Source of the DNA: Macrostomum lignano
Lineage: Eukaryota
Direction: 5' to 3'
DNA length: 64,000 bases
Assembly (NCBI GenBank): GCA_002269645.1
Contig: NIVC01002947.1
Span: forward strand, 1 to 64,000
The notes under the pieces are model-generated. The model saw only the letters and a list, made by a program, of their open reading frames with translations, was not told where the DNA came from and searched no databases. Of this stretch, positions 28,420 to 49,554 are shown one piece after another. Numbering within the stretch: the first letter of the stretch is position 1; the number at the start of each line of letters is the position of its first letter. Made by a program: the position numbers and the translations under genes.

Positions 28420-30057
28420 GACACATTCGACGTGTCTCGCGGAGGTGGAGGGCACTGGTTGGGGATTTGGTTGGCCGCTGACAGCTTTGAAACCTTAGAC
28501 AGCTGAATCAGGATGCGCGCTGCACTTTCAGCTGGAGAAAAATTTGGGAATTTTTTCAGTTTCTTTCGCAACAGATTTCGCGACATGTTGCCATTGACAA
28601 ATCCGCGCCAATGAAAGGCAGTAAAAAGACAGGAACAGCTGGAACTTGGTCTCTGGTTAGAATTTCATGAATAAACAGCTTAATCGATTTCCCATCGTAC
28701 TACGTTCTTAACGCATTTTTGCCTCCAATATGGTAATAAATCAAATCGAAATTCCCTCGGGCCAAGCTACAGAATATCACCAGAATGCTCGATGAAGCTT
28801 ATTTTTGAGAGAAAAACTGCTATTGGAAGAAGTTCTGGAGCGTGTTCTATCTAGTCTACTGTTGGACTGAAGGTTTTGAGTAGGCGAGTAGCGAATTTTA
28901 ACGCCAAATATCTCCATGCAGAAAGTTTCAGCTTAAATGATCAGTCTGAGCTGTCTTCTGTAGCCGTTTTTGTACTTTTAAAAATAAGCAGGCAATATGA
29001 TTATGGCTATGGAAATGTGCACCATTCTACTTAGCTGGAGTCAGTAGGTGGTTGAGCATGCGTCTTGTTATCGCCAATGCACTGGCCGGCCGAACAAAAT
29101 TTATCGGATAATGCACATTGCGTGCACAAATGTTCGCACATCCTGCCTTAGTTGAGTTGCTTTCACAAACTTCAGTTCCACCCACGCTTTTTGCCGCAAC
29201 CCAAACCGCTTTTGTTGAACTGTTGAATTGAGTTGCAGGGGCTCGATTAGATAGATTTTTACAGAAATAGTTTTCTAAGGAAAGATAAGTTGAGGAGGAA
29301 ACAAGAAAATTTTACTGTTATTGTACCGTCAGCAGTGTTTCTGAGAAACAGGGCCGATTTCCGAACTTTAAATCTGCCCCCCATATGATGAGCTAATTTG
29401 GTGTGAAATTGTCTATGGCCAAAATCTTGGCATCCAAGTTTGAAAATTGATGTAATAGCTTTAATCCAAGGTTCCTGTTCAACTCGCCCACACATTTCCT
29501 GTTCAATCTCCTGACCGTACAGATGACTGAGTCCTTCTCATTGGTTTACCCGAGACCCACTCATCTTTTCCTAAATTCTTATACATGTATTTGTTTAATT
29601 ACGAATTACATGTACTAATTCTATCCTCAGCAATCTTCACTTGCTTGTGCAACAGTTTTAATATCGCACAATTTTTATAACTTCTAGTAGAGAACAAATA
29701 ACTTATTAATCATAAATTTCAAATCTTAAAACTTCTGAAAAAACTAGACAGTTCTCAGTTGTCCTCGGCTGTGCGAGCTGTCATGACAACCTCTCCCCAA
29801 ACTTCTCTCTGCTCTGAAAAAGTTGATAATATCCTGATTTATTTTTTTTGTCTTACCCCAACAACTTCTTTGTGGCCTTTGAAACTAATCAAATAAATCT
29901 ATTGGAATCTCTGTCATTTTAGCTATTTTGAAATAGTTGAATAAATGAGAGAATTTGCTTCTCAACCGACCGCAGTTTGCTTTTCGTGTGCATCATTTTG
30001 TTTAGCCGGGACGGCGGTGGAAAATCCCGTGCTGGGCACCGATGCACTCAGCTACAA

Positions 30058-30150
30058 CACCTGCCTACACTGCCTACAGTGCTTACAGTGCCTACAGTGC
30101 CTACAGTGCCTACAGTGCCTACAGTGCCCACAGTGCCTACAGTGCCTATA
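30058..30150. repeat. 9-bp tandem repeat (CAGTGCCTA)n
   Basis: Directly visible. Confidence 0.9.
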
Positions 30151-30159
30151 TGACTAACT

Positions 30160-31065
30160 GCCCAGCTACCTACCTACCTACCTAGCTACCTACCAACCTA
30201 CCTACCTACCTACTCATAATCACCTAACTAGCTACCTACTTATCTACCTACCTACCAACCTACCTACATACCTGCCAACCTCCCTACCTACCTGCCAACC
30301 TACCTACCTACCTGCCAACCTACCTACCTACCTGCCAACCTACCTACATACCTGCCAACCTCCCTACATACCTGCCAACCTCCCTACATACCTGCAAACC
30401 TCCCTACATACCTGCCAACCTCCCTACATACCTGCCAACCTCCCTACATACCTGCAAACCTCCCTACATACCTGCCAACCTCCCTACATACCTGCAAACC
30501 TCCCTACATACCTGCCAACCTCCCTACATACCTGCCAACCTCCCTACATACCTGCAAACCTCCCTACATACCTGCCAACCTCCCTACATACCTGCCAACC
30601 TCCCTACATACCTGCCAACCTCCCTACATACCTGCAAACCTCCCTACATACCTGCCAACCTCCCTACATACCTGCAAACCTCCCTACATACCTGCCAACC
30701 TCCCTACATACCTGCAAACCTCCCTACATACCTGCCAACCTCCCTACATACCTGCCAACCTCCCTACATACCTGCCAACCTCCCTACATACCTGCCAACC
30801 TCCCTACATACCTGCAAACCTCCCTACATACCTGCCAACCTCCCTACATACCTGCAAACCTCCCTACATACCTGCCAACCTACTTACAAAGCTTACCTAC
30901 CTACTTATCTAACTAGCTACCTACCTTCCTACCTACAAACCTACCTACTTACCTGGCTACGTATCTACGTATTTATACCGGTACATGCCTACGCCTACCT
31001 AATTAACTACCTACCTACTTACAAACCTATTTACCTATTTGCCTGACTACCTACTCACCTAGCTA
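30160..31065. repeat. CCTA-derived minisatellite with 20-bp core CTCCCTACATACCTGC(C/A)AAC (about 30340-30880), grading into degenerate (CCTA)n
   Basis: Directly visible. Confidence 0.92.
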
Positions 31066-31754
31066 ACTTTATAGTTAGATGATTTTTATAGGTATAGATA
31101 AGTAGACGCTCACAAGGGGTGTACAGGGGTCCCGACATTCTCATCGTAAAGAAGCTGCGGCCCTCATAAACTGCTAGTTTAGAATTTTTTTACAGAATCG
31201 AACCCCGATGCTCTGTAGGCTAGCCAAGCCTTCTTTGGGTTGAGAGACCATTGCACCCAGGGTCGCGTGACCCCAGCCCCCACCCCTAGCGTCCCAATTT
31301 TCGTTCAAAAACAAATCGAACACGGGGAGCTCAAAAACAGGAAGCTGCACAAGTCCTTCTGGCAGCTGTGTGCCGGATCTCAGGCGCCTCAGCTGCCGCA
31401 CAGGCTACAGAGAGGCCCGAACTGCCGGAAACGCAGTTAAACCCCTCAGCCTCACCCTCCTCCTTCTCCTCCATCTCCTCCATCTCTAGCTCCTCAGCTC
31501 CCCCATTTCTTACCTCGGCCAGAGCGTGAGGAAAGAAATCCGGGGGAGGTTAAGGGGCAGAGGCCGAGGCCTGAGCCGGAGAGCAGAGACGCGCGAAGCT
31601 CTCTCGTTCGCTCGAGACGCGCGGGCAAAAGTGATGGGGGAGGGGGAGAGACGGGGGGGGGGTCGGTCGGAGTCTTCAAACCGTCAGGCCATAGCAGCCG
31701 CTGAGCAGCCGCTCCTGAGCTCACCTGCCCAACGTGAGACCTGAACTACTGGGA

Positions 31755-38951
<7,197 letters not shown>

Positions 38952-39099
38952 CTGACCAACTTACTGACCCAGTCACTGACCTCTGATCGAAGTGGATGCG
39001 CAACACTGTCAGCATTGTATTTTCACTCGCGCACAAACAAAATAAATATTTGCAGCACCGCATTCAGCATTCAGATTTCTCCGATCTGACAAGAATGAT

Positions 39100-39385
39100 G
39101 AGCAACTGACAGGAATATTTTGCAACTGACAAGAATATTGTGCAACTGACAAGAATGATGTACAACTGACATGAATGATGTGCAACTGACAAGAATATTG
39201 TACAACTGACATGAATGATGTGCAACTGACAAAAACAATGTGCAACTGACAAGAATACTGTGCAACTGACAAGAATGATATGGAACTGGCAAGAGTGATG
39301 TGAGACTGACAAGAATGGTTTGAGACTGACAAGAATGATCTGACAAGAACAGAAAAGAGTTGAGTGTAACTGACAAGAAGATTGA
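39100..39385. repeat. 20-bp degenerate tandem repeat GTGCAACTGACAAGAATATT downstream of PDE1
   Basis: Directly visible. Confidence 0.88.
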
Positions 39386-39734
39386 GCACTAAAAGCAAGA
39401 ACAGCATAAAAGATGGCATATTATGTAATTATTTGCAAAATATATTTCACTGCCAGATAGAAATTGGCAGCCACTGCGTGCAGTCTAGAAATGCAACGAA
39501 CTGAAGGCATGCTGGCAGGGGCACGCTGTGGCCACAGCAAGTTGAAATAAGAAGCTACATTACCTAGGGTATAGCAGTATATGTAACTGCAAACATTACT
39601 ACCTGCAGATACTACTTAATAAGCCCAAACAGTAGTAAGCAGAACATTTTATTAGTAAAACATTAGACAGGAGCATAAAATGCAACACATATCAACTACT
39701 TAGATTGAGTCAATAGAAAAATTACACTCGATTC

Positions 39735-40525
39735 TCAGGGCGATTCTCATGAGAGACAGTTTTCAGGGGTGATTCTCATGAGAGAGAGTCTTCAGGGGTG
39801 ATTCTCATGAGAGAGAGTTTTCAGGGGTGATTCTCATGAGAGAGAGTTTTCAGGGGTGATTCTCATGAGAGAGAGTTCTCAGGGGTGATTCTCATGAGAG
39901 AGAGTTTTCAGGGGTGATTGTCATGAGAGAGAGTTTTCAGGGGTGATTCTCATGAGAGAGAGTTTTCAGGGGTGATTCTCATGAGAGAGAGTTCTCAGGG
40001 GCGATTCTCAAGGTGAGACAGTTCTCAGGGGCGATTCCCAAGGGGAGACAGTTCTCAGGGGCGATTCCCAAGGGGAGACAGTTCTCAGGGGCGATTCCCA
40101 AGGTGAGACAGTTCTCAGGGGCGATTCCCAAGGGGAGACAGTTCTCAGGGGCGATTCCCAAGGTGAGACAGTTCTCAGGGGCGATTCCCAAGGGGAGACA
40201 GTTCTCAGGGGCGATTCCCAAGGGGAGACAGTTCTCAGGGGCGATTCCCAAGGGGAGACAGTTCTCAGGGGCGATTCCCAAGGTGAGACAGTTCTCAGGG
40301 GCGATTCCCAAGGGGAGACAGTTCTCAGGGGCGATTCCCAAGGGGAGACAGTTCTCAGGGGCGATTCCCAAGGGGAGACAGTTCTCAGGGGCGATTCCCA
40401 AGGGGAGACAGTTCTCAGGGGCGATTCCCAAGGGGAGACAGTTCTCAGGGGCGATTCCCAAGGGGAGACAGTTCTCAGTGGCGATTCCCAAGGGGAGAAA
40501 GTTCTCAGGGGCGATTATCATGAGA
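39735..40525. repeat. 30-bp minisatellite with two unit subtypes, just downstream of the NUP85 stop
   Basis: Units GAGAGTTTTCAGGGGTGATTCTCATGAGA-type and GTTCTCAGGGGCGATTCCCAAGGGGAGACA. Confidence 0.96.
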
Positions 40526-40606
40526 GAGCGGCTCGGAGGAGCAGGAGCTCTGACAAATAATTGTCCAGAAGAGTCAAGCAAAGAACCAGAGCTGGCCGCC
40601 CGCAAC

Positions 40607-42916
40607 TCATGACTGGAAATTCTCGTCAATCATGGCCCTGCGCAGGGCATCGGATAGCGAGGCCTGCACCACGCTGAGCCGCTCCGCTGGGGCGCAGTCC
40701 GCCTGCCGCAGCTCCGCCAGCGCGTGCATCAGGTCGAACAGCTGGGCGGAGGTGAACACCGCCTGGTGACGCAGCTCTAAGAGGGGCAGGCAGTCCTGCA
40801 GCAGCGACAGCCAGTACCGCCTGCGGTAAGAGATGGGCCAGTGCTGCTGGTGCCTTCTCAGCTGCTCGCCATTTCCCGTGTGTTCTTACCCTACTTTCCC
40901 CTACTGCCCTCTCACCCCTACTCTCCCTCTCTCCTTCTCACCCCTACTCCCCCTACTATTCCTCTCTCCTCTTTCCTACTCCTTTTACCCCTACTCACCC
41001 TCTTTCCCTTATTTTCCTCTCTGCCCCATTCTCCCCTACTCTCCCTCTCAACCCTACTCTCCATCTCTCCCTCTCACCCCTACTCTTCCTCTCTCCTTCT
41101 CTTCCCTACTCTCCCTCTCCCCCCTACTCTCCCTCTCACCCCTACTCTTCCTCTCTCCCCTACTCTTCCTCTCTCCTTCTCTTCCCTACTCTCCCTCTCC
41201 CCCCTACTCTCCCTCTCACCCCTACTCTCCCTCTCACCCTAGCCTTCTCTACTAACAGGTAGGTCCCTACATCGAGCTGCACAACTGCCTCACCTGGGAA
41301 TCATTCGCGAGCTGAGCAGCTGCGCGGCCACATCGGCCGCTTCGGCCAGCTGTCCGGCGGACACCCGATCGTGGAAGAGCTTGTACTGGCACAGGAAGGC
41401 CATTCGGTTGCTAAGCAGAGCGCTGGTTGCCAGGCAGTCGAGCGCATCAGCTGAAGCGGCCCTGGCCAGGCCGGCCGAGTCGCCGCCAGCTCCCAGCAGG
41501 AATTTATCCGCTATGGCCGCTACTAGACGAGGGTCGCGAGCTCGAATCGCCCAGGTAAGCGCGTTGCCTAGACAACCTTTGTCAAGGGCGCGCCTAGCAA
41601 CGGTTCTGGCCACGGTGTTGGCGGAGTCTAGAAGGCCGCGGGCATGGCAGGCGGCGAAAATCTGCTCCGCTTTGCGCTGCGACTCCGGCGGCACGCGGAC
41701 CAGCAGAGCCTCCTGCGGGGTGGCAGCGGCGGCGTGAGGGCTCGGCTGTGTAATCCTCTGGTTTACAGAGCTGCTTCCATGCTCTATCTATGGCTGCTTC
41801 CATCCTCTATTTATGGCTGCTTCCATCCTCTATTTATGACTGCTTCCATCCTCTATTTATGGCTGCTTCCATGCTCTATCTATGGCTGCTTCCATGCTCT
41901 ATTTATGGCTGCTTCCATGCTCTATTTATGGCTGCTTCCATGCTCTATCTATGGCTGCTTCCATGCTCTATTTACGGCTGCTTCCATGCTCTATCATGGC
42001 TGCTTCCATGCTCTATTTACGGCTGCTTCCATGCTTTATCTATGGCTGCTTCCATGCTCTATTTACGGCTGTTACCATGATCTGCTTAGAGCAGCTTCCA
42101 ATAAGAGTAGAACTTATACAAGAAGATATTTACAAAGACCAGCAGCAGAGCCAGTCCGCTTACCTGATAGTGCCTGCCGTAGTTGGAGCAGTAGTCCAAG
42201 TAGCTCACGGCCAGCTGCCACAGCGCGGCCCGGCCCAGCATGCTGTGCGAGTACTCCAACAGGAAGTGCTCGCGAATGGCCCCGAACCCGCCGCCGCTGC
42301 CACTGTAGCCACCGACCTCGCCGCCCAGGCAGTGGTGCAGCAGGTCGGCCAGGTGCGCCACGAACCACCAGTTGCTGCCGAGGCAGCCGGCCGCTTCGGC
42401 CAGGAACTGCCCGACCTGACCGTCGAACAGCAGGCGGACCAGCACGCCGTCCAGTAGGCCGTCACCGTCGCCGTCCCGTTGACTGGGCCGGTCTCGCTTG
42501 TACAGCGCCTCGGCTTCGGGGGCCTCGCGTCCGAGGCAGTCCAGTGAGCCGGTGGGGTTGGTGAGCAGCAGGCGCGCCAGCAGCAGCTGGTACCAGGAGT
42601 CGCACAGGCCGACAATCTCCGGCCTAGCGAAGGCGTCCTCGTCGCCAGCCAGCAGTTCAACGAGCAGCTCCAGCTGCGGGTGGGCGGCGAACAGGCCGGC
42701 CTCGAGGCGCACGCGGACGTCCTTCTGCCACAGGCAGTGGGCGACATCGAACTTGCGCACTGACTGGCTGTCGCGTACGAAGCTGTACTTTGGCATGTTG
42801 AGCAGCTCCATCGCGTCTTTGAGCTGCTGCTGACGGCCGGCCTGAGAGTGCTGAGACAGCAGGTTGCGGGCGTCCACGGTGCGGCCCTGCGGAGGGGCGG
42901 GTTTGGGATAATCTGA

Positions 42917-42980
<64 letters not shown>

Positions 42981-42987
42981 GTGTCTT

Positions 42988-43034
<47 letters not shown>

Positions 43035-43037
43035 GCC

Positions 43038-43104
<67 letters not shown>

Positions 43105-43811
43105 GTCTGTCAGTGCCCAGCTCGTACCTGCAGCACCAGCAGGTACAGTGAGTCCCAGAACCGCTGGTGCAGCTCGGGCGCATCAGTGGCGTTGGCAGAC
43201 TCCAGCAGCTCGGCAATCCAGCGGTCGGGCTGCGGGCAGTGCAGCCGGGCCCAGTCTACCAGCTCCAGCAGAATTTGAGGGGCGGCGGCGGCGCTCTGAT
43301 AGCGCGGCGCTACCCAGAGGATCTCCACCAGGTGCCACAGTATCTGGCAGGCAGCCAAAAGTTGCGACTGGTTCTCCAGGAAGGCGGCAGCTTCGGGCTC
43401 ATCGGTAGCAGCAGCAGCGGAGTCCATCAGCTCGGAGGCGCAGTCGTGCATGAGGGCGCGGTACTCCTTGCTGCAGCGGAGCAGAGCCTCGCGAGTCTCA
43501 GCGGAGCTGCCAACGGAGGCGTCGCCAAGTCGCTGGCAGGTGAGGAACACCCGGTGCGACTCGGCAGCCAGCCGGCGAAGGGTGTCGCAGTCGTGAAACT
43601 CGGTGGACCAGCGGCATTCAAGCAGGTGTCCGGAGCTGGCAGCAGCGACAGCTGGCCGAGAGCTGGCCGCGGCGGCCGCCTTGAAGACGGTGACGACCGC
43701 GCCTAGGGAGGACCAGGCGGCTCCCAGCTGACAGCCGGCTTCCACTGTCGGCAGCGGCAGCGCCACCGAGCTCTCCGGCTGCTGAGATGAGGCCGCTTCG
43801 CCTTGGAACAT
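40607..43811 (-). CDS. NUP85: Nuclear pore complex protein Nup85, about 679 aa: complement(join(40607..40820,41294..41712,42164..42886,43128..43811))
   Basis: Motifs [29 protein letters not shown]|[32 protein letters not shown]...[46 protein letters not shown]. All introns are GT-AG and the summed length of 2040 nt is in frame. Confidence 0.9.
40905..41250. repeat. CT-rich minisatellite (CCCCTACTCTCCCTCT...) in NUP85 intron 3
   Basis: Directly visible. Confidence 0.88.
41770..42075. repeat. 23-bp repeat ATGGCTGCTTCCATGCTCTATTT in NUP85 intron 2
   Basis: Directly visible. Confidence 0.93.
42917..43110. repeat. (CTGT)n microsatellite in NUP85 intron 1
   Basis: Directly visible. Confidence 0.97.
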
Positions 43812-43859
43812 CACGGCTGGGCTGCGACAGTTGCGAGTGGCAGCTTTAATCTCATGAAC

Positions 43860-44940
43860 CTCACTTGAGATGCTTTGGGAATCTCACTGAGATTCTTTGG
43901 GAATCTCACTGAGAGGCTTTGGGAATCTCTCTGAGATGCTTTGGGAATCTCACTGAGATTCTTTGGGAACCTCACTTGAGATGCTTTGGGAACCTCACTT
44001 GAGATGCTTTGGGAACCTCACTTGAGATGCTTTGGGAACCTCACTTGAGATGCTTTGGGAATCTCACTGAGATGCTTTGGGAATCTCTCTGAGATGCTTT
44101 GGGAATCTCTCTGAGATGCTTTGGGAATCTCTCTGAGATGCTTAGGGAATCTCTCTGAGATGCTTTGGGAATCTCTTTGAGATGCTTAGGGAATCTCTCT
44201 GAGATGCTTTGTGAATCTCTTTGAGATGCTTAGGGAATCTCTCTGAGATGCTTTGTGAATCTCTCTGATGCTTTGGGAATCTCTCTGAGATGCTTTGGGA
44301 ATCTCTCTGAGATGCTTAGGGAATCTCTCTGAGATGCTTTGTGAATCTCTCTGATGCTTTGGGAATCTCTCTGAGATGCTTTGGGAATCTCTCTGAGATG
44401 CTTTGGGAATCTGGGAATCTCTCTGAGATGCTGGAAGGATGATTGGAATCTCTCTGAGATGCTTTGGGAATCTCACTTAGAGGCATTGGGAATCTCACTG
44501 GAAGTAATCTGGAATCCCACTGGAAGGAATCTGGAATTTCACTGGAAGGAATCTGGAATTTCACTGGAAGGAATCTGGAATTTCACTGGAAGGAATCTGG
44601 AATTTCACTGGAAGGAATCTGGAATTTCACTGGAAGGAATCTGGAATCTCACTGGAAGTAATCTGGAATCCCACTGGAAGGAATCTGGAATCCCACTGGA
44701 GGGAATCTGGAATCTCACTGGAAGTAATCTGGAATCCCACTGGAAGGAATCTGGAGTCTCACTGGAAGGAATCTGGAGTCTCACTGGAAGGAATCTGGAG
44801 TCTCACTGGAATGAATCTGGAGTCTCACTGGGAGGAATCTGGAGTCTCACTGAAAGGAATCTGGAGTCTCACTGAAAGGAATCTGGAGTCTCACTGGAAG
44901 GAATCTGGAGTCTCATTGGGAGGAATCTGGAATCCTACTA
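43860..44940. repeat. Compound 22-bp minisatellite between UVSSA and NUP85: GGGAATCTCTCTGAGATGCTTT (43860-44480), then GGAATCTGGAATTTCACTGGAA (44480-44940)
   Basis: Directly visible. Confidence 0.95.
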
Positions 44941-45106
44941 GAAAGCATTGGGAATTAAGCAAACTCTAAACAATATCTAAAAAGTATAAAATTAAAACTA
45001 ACAGAAGCATGATAAGAATAAAAATCAGCAGGATTACAAGACCATGGTATATTTACTGCATATCTACCCCAGCATAAAATATTCCAGTTAGGAAGGCCAG
45101 GCCAGC

Positions 45107-47245
45107 TCAGTTCAGGAACTGGTACTGGAACTGGTCTCCGAATTTCTCCTGCATTTTCCTTCGCCGTCTCGCCTCCTCGTCCTCGGCCGCCCGCCTCAGC
45201 GCGGCCTTGCTGGCCACCCGGGCTGCCAGGCGGCTCCTCGGCGTGTCCACCAGCGCCCGGATGTCCACCAGGCCGCCGGTGCCGTCCGCCGTTGCGCTGT
45301 CGGCAGTCCACTGCGGCTGCTTCTTCCTCTTGACGGCCGCTTTCTTCTTAGGCGACTGAGACTGCGACTGGCTGCCGGACGGCTCTGCAGCGGAAGCAGA
45401 AGTGGCAGCAGCGGCGGTCAGCTGCCCAGCCTCATCCCTGGGCAGGATGCGGCCATGGAACGGGCACTTCAGGCGGTCCATTCGGGCGCAGACGCCGCCG
45501 CCGGGCAGCGGGTGGCGGCAGGCCCAGCGCACCGGCTCCTCGGGCTTCGAGTACACCATGGTGCGCATCGTCAGGATGTGCCGACTGCCGCTGATCTCGA
45601 AGGCTTCGTCGCCGTCCAGCGGCCGGTAGCCGAACGAGTGGCCGCCGTCGTCCATCCTGTAGCCGATGGTGGCCGAGCTGAGCTCCGCGGCCGCGTCCTT
45701 CGCGCCCCAGTGCAGCAGGTCCAGGCCGAACGGCACCGTGGGAACAGCGCTGCTCTTCGTCGACTCTGTCGCCGAAGCCGACGAAGCTGCTGCCATCGTA
45801 GTTGACGCTGAAGTCGAAGAGGCAGCCGGTCTTGAAGCTGCCGACGACGGCTTGCTGGCGCTGGCCGGAGCCTCCTCGGCCTCCGTCTCGAAGCCTTCCT
45901 TTTTTTCGACAGCCTCGAAGTCGGTCGTGGATTCGTCGTCGTCATCCGTCAGGTTGTCGCCATCGACATCGTCGCTGAGGTGCGGCTGTCGGTCTCCGGC
46001 TGGCTGCCGCAGGATCCTCAGACTGGCCGCCTGTCCGAGCAGCCGGTCGGCTCTGGCCAGCAGGTCGGCCAGCTGGGCTCGCAGCTGCTGGTCGCTGGAG
46101 GAGTCGCTGCCGTCCTGCAGGCCGCCGCAGCGATCGGCCAGGGCCAGCCAGCGGGCCAGCCGTGGCCGGAGCTTCTTGCGCAGCTGGCCGGAGCGAGTCG
46201 CCAGGGCTTCGACCAGCTCGGCGTTGTCCGGCGTCTCTCGGACAGTCGGACGGGCCAAGCGAAGTTGCAGCGTCGATGTAGAGGAGGCGGCGGAGGCGGC
46301 GGCGGCGGTGGCCGAGCAGCTGACGATGCCGTGCAGCCGGCGGCGCTCGTCCTCGGTGGCGCCGTCAAAATCGGCGTCGGTGTCGTCTTCGGCGTCGTCG
46401 ATGCTGTCGGCGTCGCCGGTCACACGGCCGGAGGTGAGCGAGTTCACGTCGAATTCCTCCGGCCGGGGCACCAGCAGCTCCAGGCAGTTGGCAACGGTTG
46501 CTAGGCAGGCGTTGAGCTCGGCCTCCTCGTCTTGAAACTGCCGCCGCGCCTCGTCCAGCAGGTCGCGCTTTTTCTCAGCCAGCCGGCGCGCCTCCGCCTG
46601 GCGCTGCTCGGCCGCCGCGGCGAGGCGGGAGCGAACCTGCGACAGGCGCGACTGGGAGGGGGAGAATCTAATCTCACTCTGAGATATCGAATCTCTTTGT
46701 GGCCTGTGAAACATTTGATCTCGATGTGAGAAAGCCGTGGAAATCCGTAGAAATCGAATCTAATCTCTGTTATTAAACATCAAATTTCTCTCTGTCAAAC
46801 ATCTAATCTCTCTGTTAGACATCAAATCTCCTTATTTGTTAGACATTTAATCTCTCCGTGAGAAGCATTTTAATTCGCAATTTCTGATAAAAAATGCATT
46901 CATGAAGATCGGATTCTCTGATAGAGAAGTCAGCTGACTTGGTGAAAAACCGAACCCCCCACAGTCATGTTCAGAAACAGATTCAATCACTAAGCCCATT
47001 GAAGTCACGAAGGGTCAATTGATGCTCACCGCGTGCGCTTGAGAAAGAAATCTGAAAGCGAACAGCAGCTTGGGCTGCTCAGCGCTGAACTGCTCATGCC
47101 AGTCGATGAAGGCTTCCAGGGCGATGTCGCCCAGCTGACGGAACACTGACACCGGCTTGGGTGGCGGCGAGCTCGCGTCATTGTCTGCGGGGTGGGATAG
47201 GATAGATAGATAGATAAATGAAGACGGACAGACAGACAGACAGGC

Positions 47246-47278
<33 letters not shown>

Positions 47279-47301
47279 GGCAGACACTAAGACAGACAGG
47301 C

Positions 47302-47354
<53 letters not shown>

Positions 47355-47370
47355 TACAGGCAGACAGACC

Positions 47371-47406
<36 letters not shown>

Positions 47407-47833
47407 GGCAGACAGACAGGCAGACAGACAGACAGGCAGACAGACAGACAGGCAGACAGGCAGACAGGCAGACAGACAGACACAGGCAGTTAAAAAACCC
47501 ACCAGTGAGCACGGAGGCCACCAGTCTTTCGAACCTGTCCAGCACCAGTTCCCGGAAGCGGCGCGACCTTCTAAACAGCAGGTCGACAATCTGGAAGGCG
47601 GACAGGCGCACCTGAGCATGGTCCTGGGCCAGGCGGTGGCACAGCAGGCTGTGCGCCAGGTCCACCAGCTGCTGGTCGGAGCGGCAGAGCCGCTTCAGCT
47701 CGGCGCTGTCCGCCGGGTCGAGGCTGGGCCGGCCGCTGCGCGTGAGCCGCTCGATGCAGCCGTGCAGGCGGTCCCGGGGGTCGGCGGCGGTGGCTGCGCC
47801 TGGACGACCGCGGCGACCCCGGGAGGCGTCCAT
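45107..47833 (-). CDS. UVSSA: UV-stimulated scaffold protein A, about 676 aa: complement(join(45107..46651,47030..47184,47503..47833)); exon 3 acceptor could alternatively be 46678
   Basis: VHS-like N-terminus ([14 protein letters not shown]...ELKRLCRS...[24 protein letters not shown]), zinc finger [30 protein letters not shown]-terminal [11 protein letters not shown]. Junctions keep frame. Confidence 0.92.
47222..47485. repeat. (GACA)n microsatellite in UVSSA intron 1
   Basis: Directly visible. Confidence 0.97.
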
Positions 47834-47929
47834 GGCGACGGAATGACTGATGGGAGCGACTGGCGCAGCGCGGGATTGTCGCGCTGGAATGCGGCAAACT
47901 CAAGCTTGGATTTGGGATCTTTGGGTTTG

Positions 47930-48480
47930 CGGACCTTTGATTGTGAGGATTCTGGGCACTGGGCTCTTTGAATGTGAGGATTCTGGGCCCTGGGACCTTT
48001 GATTGTGAGGATTCTGGGCACTGGGATATTTGAATGTGAGGATCTGAGAACTGGGATATTTGAATGTGAGGATCTGAGAACTGGGATCTTTGAATGTGAG
48101 GATCTGAGAACTGGGATCTTTGAATGTGAGGATCTGGGCACTGGGACCTTTGATTGTGAGGATCTGGGCACTGGGACCTTTGATTGTGAGGATCTGAGAA
48201 CTGGGATCTTTGATTGTGAGGATCTGAGAACTGGGATCTTTGAATGTGAGGATCTGAGAACTGGGATCTTTGAATGTGAGGATCTGAGGGATCTGACTGG
48301 GAACTGAGAACTGGGATCTTTGAATGTGAGGATCTGGGCACTGGGACTTTGAATGTGAGGATCTGGGCACTGGGATATTTGAATGTGAGGATCTGGGCAC
48401 TGGGGTCTGGGCACTTGATTGTGAGGATCTGGGCACTGGGATAGTTGAATTTGGGGATCTGGGCACTGGGATCGATCTGG
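47930..48480. repeat. 30-bp minisatellite TGAATGTGAGGATCTGAGAACTGGGATCTT in the MTG2-UVSSA spacer
   Basis: Directly visible. Confidence 0.94.
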
Positions 48481-48628
48481 GCACTCGGCGACGTGAGAAT
48501 CCAAGAAATATAAGACAGAAAACAGCTGACAGGTGGGTATCAAACAGAAATGTTTACTTCCTACCGCACTAGCAATAATCTACAGAAGCGGACGCGCACA
48601 GATCAAAAGTCAAATGCCGCTATGACAA

Positions 48629-49522
48629 TCAAGCAAAAGACTTGTAGCAGAAGAATGAGTGCAAATACTCCAGCAGCCGGTCAATATTGTGGCCAGTCTT
48701 GACCGAGATGGTCAGCACAGGGCCAGGCAGACTGTTTGCTTCTTGAAGCAGCAATTTCAGATTGTCCTCCGAGTAGCTGAGGTCGGCCTTGTTGGCAGCG
48801 ATGAGTTTGACAGACCGGGACATGCCGGCGGAGAAGTGGTCCAGCTCGTCGCACAGGGTCTCCACCTGGCCCAGGGGGTCCTGGGCGCCCAGGTCAATCA
48901 CGCAGATCAGGCAGGGGCAGCGGGCGATGTGGCTGCAGGTTGCGGTGGGGATTGGAAAAGTACTTATGCAGCAGCCAAGGATGCCGGAGAATCACGCGGG
49001 CAACTCGTGGGCATTATAAAAATCCTCGAAAATAGCGAGAAAACCTGCGCAAAATTTATAAACTCGAAACTCCACAAACTCGAATCTCCACAAACTCGAA
49101 TCTCCACAAACTCGAATCTGCACAAACTCGAAACTCCACAACTCGAATCTCCACAAACTCTAATCTCCACAAACTCGAAACTCCACAAACTCGAATCTCC
49201 ACAAACTCGAAAATTCACATCGCTAAAAAGTAACTCCCGCCATTACTAAAAACATCACAATTAGGAAGACGTGACATTTCGAGTTTATAAAAGCGACCTG
49301 GCTTACTTGCTAACCAACTGCAAACTGCAGCCTTACCGCAGAAAGTCGTGGCCCAGGCCCTGGTTGTCGTGCGCCCCCTCGATCAGGCCGGGGATGTCCG
49401 CCACGCTGACGTCCAGACTGGGGAACTTCACCACGCCAACGTGAGGCTGCAGAGTGGTGAAGGGCTGGGGTGACACCCGCGGCCGCGCCCTGCTCAGGGC
49501 CCTGAGCAGGGAGGACTTGCCA

Positions 49523-49554
<32 letters not shown>

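Noticed and set aside
29259-29495. 78-aa minus-strand ORF
   Set aside because: No ATG-supported start, motif or partner exons identified.
39979-40629. 199-216 aa repeat ORFs on both strands
   Set aside because: Stop-free 30-bp units are open by construction, and there is no domain content.
45666-46535. 289-aa and 174-aa plus-strand ORFs
   Set aside because: Antisense shadows of the GC-rich UVSSA exon.
47571-48543. DPHIQRSQ/RSSHSKIP repeat ORFs
   Set aside because: Translations of the 30-bp spacer minisatellite.
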